NCBI GenBank assembly: GCA_903902895.1
Contig: CAIUWO010000534.1
Coordinates: 1 to 56,782 of the forward strand
DNA: 56,782 nt
DNA from: Candidatus Hydrogenedentota bacterium
GTDB lineage: Bacteria > Hydrogenedentota > Hydrogenedentia > Hydrogenedentales > CAITNO01
Direction: 5' to 3'
This document shows, one piece after another, positions 18,925 to 26,433 of the stretch; within the stretch, counting starts at the first letter, position 1, and each line of letters opens with the position of its first letter. The translations under genes and the position numbers were made by a program. The notes beneath the pieces are model-generated. The model saw only the letters and a list, made by a program, of their open reading frames with translations. It was not told where the DNA came from and did not search any database.

Positions 18925-19097
18925 CACCAAGAAAAGTCGGCGCAGTTTTATACAAGGGCACGGGGTGTGTTACGGTTGGCGCCGACATATGGCGGGCGAC
19001 CAATGACTTGCCGCCCAGGGTGGCATGAAGGCTAAACCTGTTCATGTTGCCTGACGCGGGGGCGTTGCGGCCCTAAATAACAACAGGAGAATTGGAA

Positions 19098-19397
19098 ATG
19101 ACAGACAGCGCGAAACCGATGACCAAAGGGCAGATCTTGGCCGCCATCGCTGAAAAGGCGGGGCTGACAAAAAAGCAGGTGGACGATGTGCTTTCCGCCC
19201 AGGCCGAGCTTGCCTATCAGCAGGCGGTTGCCGGGTTCACCATTCCCGGTATTGGGAAACTGGCCGTCGTGCAGCGCTCGGCGCGCAGCGGACGCAACCC
19301 GGCCACGGGCGAGACCATCCAGATTCCGGCCAAGAAGAGCGTGAAATTCCGCGTGGCAAAGGCCGCGAAAGACGCGATCGCGCCCGCCGCAGACTGA
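19098..19397 (+). CDS. HU-family DNA-binding protein
   Basis: AGGAGA 7 nt upstream of ATG 19098. Motifs KGQILAAIAEKAGLTKKQVDDVL and ARSGRNPATGETIQIPAKKSVKFR (HU/IHF arm). Confidence 0.9.
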   Translation: MTDSAKPMTKGQILAAIAEKAGLTKKQVDDVLSAQAELAYQQAVAGFTIPGIGKLAVVQRSARSGRNPATGETIQIPAKKSVKFRVAKAAKDAIAPAAD

Positions 19398-19432
19398 CCG
19401 TTGCGTAAATAAGACCGGTACACTTTACCTGT

Positions 19433-19470
19433 GTCGCCAGCCATGCGTGGAAACGTCCGGCTGGCGACAG
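19433..19470. terminator. Hairpin between the convergent HU-family and RNB genes (possible bidirectional terminator)
   Basis: 11-bp stem TGTCGCCAGCC (19433-19443) / GGCTGGCGACA (19460-19470), 16-nt loop, no clear U-tract. Confidence 0.4.
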
Positions 19471-19489
19471 GGTGAAGTTGCCTCCAATG

Positions 19490-20968
19490 TTATTTTTCGC
19501 GCAGCCGCGCGAAATTGATAAATCCGCGTTCCACATCAGTGTCCAGAAGTTGGACACGCACGCGGTCGCCAACGTCCAAACCCTTGAAACCGCGCACGAT
19601 TTTGCCCTCGACGGGCGGCGTGAAGATGCGGGCCCATGTGCCCTTTTCCGAGGCGCCCGTGACAATACCGTCAAAGCAATCTCCGGCGCGGGAGGACAAA
19701 AGCAGCGCCGCGGCTGACTTGGCCACCTGGCGTTCCACCTTGGACACGTTCCCTTCCTGTTCCGTGCAGTGTCGCGCCATCTCGTCCAGCGTTTCGAAAG
19801 CGTAGGGCACGGGCTGTCCGGCCATGGCGGCTTTGAGCAGGCGCTGCGTGATGACGTCCGGATACCGGCGGTTGGGTGCGGTGGAATGGGAATAGTTCCT
19901 CACAGCCAGCCCAAAATGGCCGTTGGGCTGCTGGCTGGGCTGGTGCACGGCGTATTCGCCCGCACCCATGAGTTTGATGACCGAAAGGGACAGGTCGGGA
20001 AAGGTCTCCGGCTCTGCGGCGCATCGGTCGTCCAGGAATTTCTCCAGGGCGACGGCATCTGGTTCCGCGGGCAGCCTGAAATTGAGCTGTGCGGCCAGTT
20101 CCACGATGCGGCTCCAGCGTTCCGGTGAGCGCAGCACGCGGCGGATGGAGGGGAAGCCCTTCTTCTCCAGATAGCCGGCGGTCACGCCGTTGGCCGCGAT
20201 CATGAAGTCTTCAATAAGGTATTTAGCCCGGTTCTTCTGGACGCCGCTCATCCCGGCAAGCCTGTCGCCATCAAACACGACCCGGGTCTCAGTGGTCTGA
20301 AGGGTGAGCGCGCCACGCTCGTGGCGCAGTCCCTTAAGAATTTGGGCAACACCGTCTTGAATGCGCAACTGTTCTTCCAGTCCCGGGACGGCCGTCAGGG
20401 CGGGAGGCGCGGGGGCTTCCCCCTCAAGCCACGCGGCAACGGCATCGTAGCTCAGTTTTGCATGGTTCAGCACCAGGGCACGATAGACGTCCGATTCGGT
20501 GACGGTACCGTCGGCGGCAATGACCGCCTCGACCACGATGGCCAGCCGTTCCTGTCCCTCGTTGAGCGAGCTGAGGTCGTTGGACAACCTTTCCGGGAGC
20601 ATGGGGAAGATGACGGCTGCCGTGTAGACTGACATCGCGTTCTCGGCAGCATGGCTGTCTGTGGCTGAACCAGCCTTCACGAGAGCATCCACATCGGCAA
20701 TGGCGATGGTTATCTTGGTGGCACCGTCCGGCTGCGTTTCGGCAACGGTGAGTTGGTCCAAATCCAGGGAATCGTCGTTGTCGATGGAGCACCAGAGCAG
20801 GTGACGCAGGTCCCGGATGGCGGTGTCCCTGTCGGCCGCTGGTCCATCGATGTGCTCCGTTTCAGCGACAACCTCGGCAGAGAATTCCGGCAGCAGGCCG
20901 CGTTCTGCCATGGCGCGCCGGGCGATGCGAATGAGTCGGTCGCGGTGGGCAAGTTCAGGTGATTTCAT
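19490..20968 (-). CDS. RNB-domain exoribonuclease (RNase II/R family, short form without N-terminal cold-shock domains, C-terminal S1-like domain)
   Basis: AGGAGG upstream of the ATG. RNB motif I region WCSIDNDDSLDLDQL, later RNB blocks (AENAMSVYTA, HFGLAVRNYSHSTAPNRRYPD), and an S1-like tail FDGIVTGASEKGTWARI. Confidence 0.85.
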   Translation of the reverse strand: MKSPELAHRDRLIRIARRAMAERGLLPEFSAEVVAETEHIDGPAADRDTAIRDLRHLLWCSIDNDDSLDLDQLTVAETQPDGATKITIAIADVDALVKAGSATDSHAAENAMSVYTAAVIFPMLPERLSNDLSSLNEGQERLAIVVEAVIAADGTVTESDVYRALVLNHAKLSYDAVAAWLEGEAPAPPALTAVPGLEEQLRIQDGVAQILKGLRHERGALTLQTTETRVVFDGDRLAGMSGVQKNRAKYLIEDFMIAANGVTAGYLEKKGFPSIRRVLRSPERWSRIVELAAQLNFRLPAEPDAVALEKFLDDRCAAEPETFPDLSLSVIKLMGAGEYAVHQPSQQPNGHFGLAVRNYSHSTAPNRRYPDVITQRLLKAAMAGQPVPYAFETLDEMARHCTEQEGNVSKVERQVAKSAAALLLSSRAGDCFDGIVTGASEKGTWARIFTPPVEGKIVRGFKGLDVGDRVRVQLLDTDVERGFINFARLREK

Positions 20969-21164
20969 GCGAGGTTACCTCCTGGCGGTCCGTCTGTGTC
21001 ATGGTCGGCAGCTTCGGGGGATTCTAACGGGACAGTGTTGGCGTTTCAACAAGCGGAATGCACTTTGACGCATGGCGCGCAAAGGGGAGGCGCCTGTTCG
21101 CGTGTTAAAATGAGGCCAATATCCGCCGAAAGCGGCTTGGCACCGAGATTTTTCCTCGGATTTC

Positions 21165-21193
21165 TTGCAAAATGATAATAAATAGGATATACA
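21165..21193 (+). promoter_or_regulatory. Candidate promoter in an AT-rich island upstream of the giant surface-protein gene
   Basis: TTGCAA (21165-21170), 17 nt of spacer, TATACA (21188-21193), inside a conspicuously AT-rich stretch (about 21160-21230) of an otherwise GC-rich window. Confidence 0.25.
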
Positions 21194-21339
21194 TTCAGTA
21201 AGATAACTAATAGGTGAATTTCGCTTGCGGGTTTGTGATCTACGTCGGTCGGGGCCTTTGAGTAGGGAAGAATGGTTGTGGGTTCGTGGCCCGAGGGAGG
21301 CTGGCGGAGGACAAAGATGGCAGACGGAGGGAATCGGTC

Positions 21340-24300
21340 ATGGGTATGCGGGGTGACTGGATAGGCGAAATGGGGCGGATTTCGGCAATAATTCTCTTGG
21401 CAGCAGGGGTGTTCCTGGGTGTTTTACCCGCGGAAGCCGCCGTATGGCACGTAAACGCTGCCTCCACCGCCGCAAATCCTGACGGTCAAAGCTGGGACAC
21501 GGCCTATCCCAGCATCCAGCCCGCAGTCAATGCCGCTGTTTCCGGGGATGAGGTGTGGGTCGCCAAGGGAACATACGTAGGCGTGGGTACGGAAGTGGCG
21601 AAATTGAAAGCCGCAATGAAGCTCTATGGCGGTTTTGCCGGAAGGGAGACCGTTCGTGAGCAGCGCGACTGGAATGCCAATGTGACCGTCATCGACGGCG
21701 AGAAAGCGCGGCGCTGTGTCATCGCCACGCAAGCGGCAGGTGCGGCGGACGGGTTCACATTGCAGAATGGATACGCCTCCCAAGGCGGCGGAATGTATCT
21801 CGGGATCGCCGTCAATTGCGTCTTCAAGGGAAACGAAGCCACATACGAAGGAGATGGGGGCGGCGGAATGTTTGGCGGCACGGCCATCGGCTGTACCTTC
21901 ACCGGCAACACGGCCCACCGGGGGGGAGGCCTCTGCAGGGGCACGGCCGAGGAATGCACGTTCGCGGACAACACGACAACGACATGGGAGTACTGTTATT
22001 GGTATGAAGACCCATACGAAGACCCGTGGAATGACAAGGGCTATACGTGCTATGACGCGGATGGGCAGGGTGCCGGGGCATACTCCGGAACGGCCCTGAA
22101 CTGTTCGTTTACAGGAAACACAGCGCAATACGGCGGGGGAATGTACGACGGCACGGCGGTGAACTGCACCTTCACACAAAATACGGCCGTCTATGGCGGC
22201 GGGATGCGGGAAGGCACGGCGATAAACTGCATATTGTGGGGCAACAGCCCGGATGAAACCTTCAACACCGCTGTTTCCTATTCATGCCTGTCATCAGACA
22301 CACGCGGTACAGGGAATATCCTTGGCAACCCGCATTTCGTTAATCCCTGGGCGGGCGACTTCAGGCTGCGTGCGGACTCACCGTGCATCGATACGGGCAC
22401 GGCTGAAGGTGCCCCGATGACCGACCTGCTGCACCGCTCGCGACCCCAGGGAGCGGGGGTGGACATGGGGGCTTATGAGTACCATGCCGGGGATGACGCC
22501 GGGGCTGTGGATCCGCCAATGCTTCGTGTCGATGGACGATCCACTGCGGCCAACCCGGACGGGATGACGTGGGAAACGGCCTTTCTCACATTGCAGGACG
22601 CCGCGGACAGAGCTGGATATGGCAGCGAAATCTGGGTGGCTGAAGGCAACTACTCGGCCGATTTGGGAAAGTCGGTGGTGACACTTTTTCTAGAGACAGC
22701 GGTGTTTGGCGGATTTGTGGGAACGGAGACGAGCCGCGAACAGCGTGATGCGGCAGCCCACCCCACCATCATTGATGGCCAGGGACAGCGCCGTTGCGTT
22801 ACTGCAAACAGCTCAGTGTCGGTGGATGGAATTACGCTGCAGAATGGCGCGGCCGAAGAGGGCGGTGGGATGTATTCCGGCACGGCAGTGAACTGCACAT
22901 TCACTGGAAACACGGCGAAATCAGGCAGCGGCGGGATGTATTTCGGCACGGCAACCAACTGCACGTTTACGGGAAACACGGCCGAAGAAGATGGCGGTGG
23001 GATGTGCTACGGCACGGCAATCAACTGCACCTTCACGGGAAACACGGCCAAAGAGGATGGCGGTGGAATATATTGTGGCACGGCTACGAACTGTTTGTTT
23101 ACCGGAAACAAGGCCAGGAGGGGCGGCGGGATGGATGACGGCACGGCAACCAACTGCACCTTCACGCAAAACACGGCTGTCGGAGACGTATTGCACGGTG
23201 GCGTCGGAGGAGGGATGGATTGCGGTACCGCGGTGAACTGCACCTTCACGCAGAACACGGCCGACTACGGCGGAGGTATGGGTGGAGGATACTATGGCGG
23301 TACGGCGGTGAACTGCACTTTTACGCGAAACATGGCGAAGTACGACGGCGGTGGGATGATAATGGGCACGGCGACAAACTGCATTGTGTGGGGCAACAGC
23401 CCCAGCGAAACCGCTGGCACAGACATTTCCTACTCATGCTTGTCCGTGGATACCTCCGGCACGGCAAACATCGCGGGCAATCCCGGTTTCGTCAATCCGT
23501 GGGCGGGTGATTTTCGGCTGCGTGCCGACTCGCCGTGCATTGATATCGGCATAGCCGAAGGCACACCGTCCAAGGACTTGTTGGGCCGGCCCCGGCCCCA
23601 CGGTGCGGGTGTGGACATCGGTGCCTATGAGTATTATGCCGGTGATGAAACCGAGGCTGTGAATACTCCGCCCGTTCTTCGCGTCGATGGACGCTCCACG
23701 GCGGCCAACCCGGACGGATTGACTTGGGAAACCGCGTTTCCCACGCTGCAGACGGCGGCGAACCGGTCCGGCTATGGCGGCGAGATCTGGGTGGCCGAGG
23801 GCGCCTACACGGCGGCCGGTGGCGAAGCCGTGGTGAATCTGCTCCCGGCAACCAGTCTCTTTGGCGGTTTTCTGGGAAGCGAGACCATACGGGAACAACG
23901 GGACAACGCAGCCCATCCGGTGACAATTGACGGACAAGGGGCCCGACGCTGCGTCACCGCAGACACAGCGTCTTCAATTGACGGGTTCATCCTGCAAGAT
24001 GGAACGGCTGATAATGGCGGCGGAATGCTTGGTGGCAGTGCAGTGAACTGCACGTTCACCGGAAACACTGCGATATCAGGCGGCGGCGGGATATACTACG
24101 GCACTGCGGTCAACTGCAAGTTCATGGAAAACACGGCCAAAGGTGATTACGGGAAGGGCGGCGGGATGTATAACGGCACGGCGACGAACTGTATGTTCAC
24201 GGGGAACTCGACCGGAGAATACGGCGGCGGGATGTACTCCGGCACGGCGACCAACTGCACGTTCACGGGAAACACGGCCGGTCAGGGCGGCGGGACGTAC

Positions 24301-25728
24301 TCCGGCACGGCGACCAACTGCACGTTCACGGGAAACACGGCCGGTCAGGGAGGCGGGACGTACTCCGGCACGGCGACGAACTGCACATTCACAGGGAACT
24401 CCGCACGGGACGGCGGTGGGAAGGCCAGCGGTACAGCCGTGAACTGCACGTTCACGGCAAACACGGCCCAGTCGGTCGGCGGGATGTACTATGGCACGGC
24501 TACGAACTGCATCCTCTGGGGGAATGCGCCGGGCGAGATATATAATACAATAGTTTCCTATTGTTGTCTCTCCACCGGCGTGTCCGGGGTGAGCAACATT
24601 GCGGGGGACCCGCTCTTTGTGAACGCGGCAGCGGGTGATTTCCGGCTTCAGCCGGGATCGCCCTGCGTCAACACGGGTACAGCCGAAGGCGCGCCGGCCA
24701 CGGACATTGTGGGTGTACCCCGACCGCAGGGCGCAGGCGTCGACATTGGCGCCTATGAAACGCCCGTGCCGGTGTCCGTACCGGACGTGACCGGGCTCGA
24801 ACGGACGGCCGCGCATGAAGTGATTGTGGCCGCGCAGTTGTATGTGCGCCATGAGACCGAACAATACCACCCCACCATTCCGGCGGGCCACGTCAGCAGC
24901 CAGGAACCGGCGGCCGGCACGCAGACGGTGGAGCATATGCCCGTGGACTTGATCATCTCCAAGGGGCCGCAGCCAATCCCCGTGCCGGACGTGGTGGGCC
25001 AGACACAGTGGGCAGCCGCAGCGGCGATTGTCGACGCGGGTGTGACGGTGGGCACTGTGTCGCAGGCGTACAGCGCAACGGTGCCGGCGGGCAGTGTCAT
25101 TTCACAAACGCCCCCGGCCGGCACAGAAGTGCCGCCCGGTACGCCGGTGGACCTCGTGGTGAGTAAGGGTGTTCAGCCTGCGGTGATGCCCGACGTGGTG
25201 GGTCAACCCCACGCCCAGGCGGAGGCAACCCTTGCCGATGCGGGCCTCATGCTGGGCCTGGTGACGCAGGACCACAGCGCAACTGTCCCGGTAGGTAGTG
25301 TCATGGCCCAAAGTCCCCCGGCAGGCACAGCCCTGCCGCCGGGCACGGTGGTGAGCATCGTGGTGAGCCTTGGACCGGTGCCGGTGGTAGAGGGCGAGGG
25401 CGAAACCGTGACCGTGGATATGGCGCGGGAACAACTCGCCTCGGCCTTCATCGCCGCCGATGCCAACGGCGACGGCACCTTGTCCTTTGAAGAGGCAACC
25501 GTGGCCTTGCCGGGATTGACGCAGGAAGTATTCAACGAACTCGACACCGACGGTGACGGCCAGTTGAGTGAAGCGGAACTGGGTATCGATTCGGGCTGCG
25601 GTTGCTCGGGCTGTCAGGGCGGCAAGGGCGATTTTGGATTTGACGGCTGGGGTAGAGGGTTGCGCGAACTGTTTGTGCTGGGCTTGGGCCTGACCGGCTT
25701 GTTGGCGATTGGCGGTAGGAGGACATAA
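21340..25728 (+). CDS. Giant secreted/anchored surface protein: three tandem beta-helix (Pmp-like GGxGxF-type rung) modules, three PASTA domains, an EF-hand pair, a Cys-rich C-terminal TM tail
   Basis: GGAGGG 8 nt before ATG 21340. Signal peptide MGRISAIILLAAGVFLGVLPAEA. Repeated rungs GTAxNCTFTGNTAxxGGGM. PASTA-like units from 24778. DANGDGTLSFEE and DTDGDGQLSEAEL loops. Tail GCGCSGCQGG...LFVLGLGLTGLLAIGGRRT. Confidence 0.85.
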   Translation: MGMRGDWIGEMGRISAIILLAAGVFLGVLPAEAAVWHVNAASTAANPDGQSWDTAYPSIQPAVNAAVSGDEVWVAKGTYVGVGTEVAKLKAAMKLYGGFAGRETVREQRDWNANVTVIDGEKARRCVIATQAAGAADGFTLQNGYASQGGGMYLGIAVNCVFKGNEATYEGDGGGGMFGGTAIGCTFTGNTAHRGGGLCRGTAEECTFADNTTTTWEYCYWYEDPYEDPWNDKGYTCYDADGQGAGAYSGTALNCSFTGNTAQYGGGMYDGTAVNCTFTQNTAVYGGGMREGTAINCILWGNSPDETFNTAVSYSCLSSDTRGTGNILGNPHFVNPWAGDFRLRADSPCIDTGTAEGAPMTDLLHRSRPQGAGVDMGAYEYHAGDDAGAVDPPMLRVDGRSTAANPDGMTWETAFLTLQDAADRAGYGSEIWVAEGNYSADLGKSVVTLFLETAVFGGFVGTETSREQRDAAAHPTIIDGQGQRRCVTANSSVSVDGITLQNGAAEEGGGMYSGTAVNCTFTGNTAKSGSGGMYFGTATNCTFTGNTAEEDGGGMCYGTAINCTFTGNTAKEDGGGIYCGTATNCLFTGNKARRGGGMDDGTATNCTFTQNTAVGDVLHGGVGGGMDCGTAVNCTFTQNTADYGGGMGGGYYGGTAVNCTFTRNMAKYDGGGMIMGTATNCIVWGNSPSETAGTDISYSCLSVDTSGTANIAGNPGFVNPWAGDFRLRADSPCIDIGIAEGTPSKDLLGRPRPHGAGVDIGAYEYYAGDETEAVNTPPVLRVDGRSTAANPDGLTWETAFPTLQTAANRSGYGGEIWVAEGAYTAAGGEAVVNLLPATSLFGGFLGSETIREQRDNAAHPVTIDGQGARRCVTADTASSIDGFILQDGTADNGGGMLGGSAVNCTFTGNTAISGGGGIYYGTAVNCKFMENTAKGDYGKGGGMYNGTATNCMFTGNSTGEYGGGMYSGTATNCTFTGNTAGQGGGTYSGTATNCTFTGNTAGQGGGTYSGTATNCTFTGNSARDGGGKASGTAVNCTFTANTAQSVGGMYYGTATNCILWGNAPGEIYNTIVSYCCLSTGVSGVSNIAGDPLFVNAAAGDFRLQPGSPCVNTGTAEGAPATDIVGVPRPQGAGVDIGAYETPVPVSVPDVTGLERTAAHEVIVAAQLYVRHETEQYHPTIPAGHVSSQEPAAGTQTVEHMPVDLIISKGPQPIPVPDVVGQTQWAAAAAIVDAGVTVGTVSQAYSATVPAGSVISQTPPAGTEVPPGTPVDLVVSKGVQPAVMPDVVGQPHAQAEATLADAGLMLGLVTQDHSATVPVGSVMAQSPPAGTALPPGTVVSIVVSLGPVPVVEGEGETVTVDMAREQLASAFIAADANGDGTLSFEEATVALPGLTQEVFNELDTDGDGQLSEAELGIDSGCGCSGCQGGKGDFGFDGWGRGLRELFVLGLGLTGLLAIGGRRT
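21439..24760 (+). repeat. Three tandem intragenic modules of ~1.07-1.16 kb (approx. 21439-22512, 22513-23667, 23668-24760)
   Basis: Each module opens with (L)RVDGRSTAANPDG(M/L)TWETAF...IWVAEG.Y...FGGF.G.ET.REQRD. Each closes with ILWGNSP.E...SYSCLS....G..NI.GNP.FVNPWAGDFRLRADSPCID.G.AEG.P..DL..R.RP.GAGVD.GAYEY. Module 1 is a diverged copy. Confidence 0.85.
24241..24366 (+). repeat. Near-perfect 63-bp tandem duplication inside module 3
   Basis: 24241-24303 and 24304-24366 (ggcacggcgaccaactgcacgttcacgggaaacacggccggtcaggg.ggcgggacgtactcc) differ at one position. Both encode GTATNCTFTGNTAGQGGGTYS. Confidence 0.9.
24778..25377 (+). other. Three consecutive PASTA-like domains within the giant protein
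   Basis: Units VPDVTGLERTAAHEV...VDLIISKG, VPDVVGQTQWAAAAAIVDAGVTVGTVSQAYSATVPAGSVISQTPPAGTEVPPGTPVDLVVSKG and MPDVVGQPHAQAEATLADAGLMLGLVTQDHSATVPVGSVMAQSPPAGTALPPGTVVSIVVSLG. All follow the PASTA consensus (PdvvG..A...L...GL.vg.v......vp.G.VisQsP.aGt.v..G..V.lvvSkG). Confidence 0.75.
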
Positions 25729-25748
25729 CCGTCCGCCACAGCGGACGG
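25729..25748 (+). terminator. Stem-loop immediately after the giant gene's stop codon
   Basis: CCGTCCGC-CACA-GCGGACGG starts 1 nt after the TAA. No U-tract, so it may equally be the first of the REP-like hairpins that follow. Confidence 0.45.
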
Positions 25749-25749
25749 T

Positions 25750-25850
25750 GTAGCGCCCGGCCTTGTGCCGGGCGTGGATACCCGCGTTCGCGGGTATGAC
25801 GGAGGCGGCGGCGGTTGCCGCCGCACGCCCGCCACAAGGGCGGGCGCTAC
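25750..25850. repeat. REP/BIME-like cluster of GC-rich palindromes, including an inverted pair of one 27-nt element
   Basis: 25750-25776 (gtagcgcccggccttgtgccgggcgtg) and 25824-25850 (cacgcccgccacaagggcgggcgctac) are reverse complements except for one compensated stem position. Between them are two further hairpins, 25778-25797 (atacccgcg/cgcgggtat) and 25805-25824 (gcggcggc-ggtt-gccgccgc). Confidence 0.7.
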
Positions 25851-25957
25851 AGGGACAAACCACGACCAGCACAAGTACGGCGTTACGGGGAATGCCGGTG
25901 ATGCCTTGGAGGGGCGAAGTGCAACCCGCCAAGGCGGATAAACTTCGCGGGCAAGTG

Positions 25958-25982
25958 GGTTCCCAAATTCAATTTGGGAACC
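25958..25982. repeat. Perfect 11-bp stem hairpin
   Basis: GGTTCCCAAAT-TCA-ATTTGGGAACC. Confidence 0.6.
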
Positions 25983-25990
25983 AGTTCAAG

Positions 25991-26123
25991 CAGGGCAGGC
26001 GGGACCTGCCTTCGCCCAAGGGCTTCGGCGAGACAAGCGCCTGCGGTACGCGGGGCAGGGCAGGGCAGGCGGCACCTGCCTTCGCCCAAGGGCTTCGGCG
26101 AGACAAGCGCCTGCGGTATGCGG
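25991..26123. repeat. Two tandem copies of a 63-nt element (70-nt period) in non-coding DNA
   Basis: 25991-26053 and 26061-26123 (cagggcaggcgg.acctgccttcgcccaagggcttcggcgagacaagcgcctgcggta.gcgg) differ at 2 positions. Each carries a GGCAGG-N5-CCTGCC hairpin. Confidence 0.9.
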
Positions 26124-26293
26124 AAATACAGGCGTGAGGTCTGTGGTGGGTATCGCTTCCGTCTCGGCGGCCTTGTGGTTGGCTTGCTGGTGTGGTCCAT
26201 TTCGGGAACGGCATCAGCCTGTCAGGGAGGGGGATTGGGCGCATCCGTTCCTACCGTTGTGTAGGAAAAGACCCACCTAAATGTGCCTGAAAA

Positions 26294-26323
26294 TTGACTT
26301 TTGCGGGGTTCAACGGCTATGAT
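26294..26323 (+). promoter_or_regulatory. Candidate sigma70-type promoter for the GH4-purC-purF gene string
   Basis: TTGACT (26294-26299), 18-nt spacer, TATGAT (26318-26323), ~110 nt upstream of ATG 26434. Confidence 0.35.
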
Positions 26324-26433
26324 ACGGGGGCTGTCGGCGGTAGTTTTGCGTGGCTGCGCCCGCCGGTCCCCCCCAAAGGGTGCCTCTGTGTACCCGTCTC
26401 TGCAAGTGGCTGTGGAAAAAGGATTTAAGAACC

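Noticed and set aside
25991-26123. Possible miniature CRISPR array, considered because of the near-identical direct repeats.
   Set aside because: There are only two copies, the 'spacer' is 7 nt, the unit (63 nt) is far longer than CRISPR repeats, and no cas genes or leader are present.
25763-26264. ORFs of 86-124 aa on both strands in the 25729-26433 spacer.
   Set aside because: Their sequences are direct translations of the palindromic and tandem repeats (for example the repeated LPSPKGFGETSACG), with no start context. The region is better explained as structured non-coding DNA.
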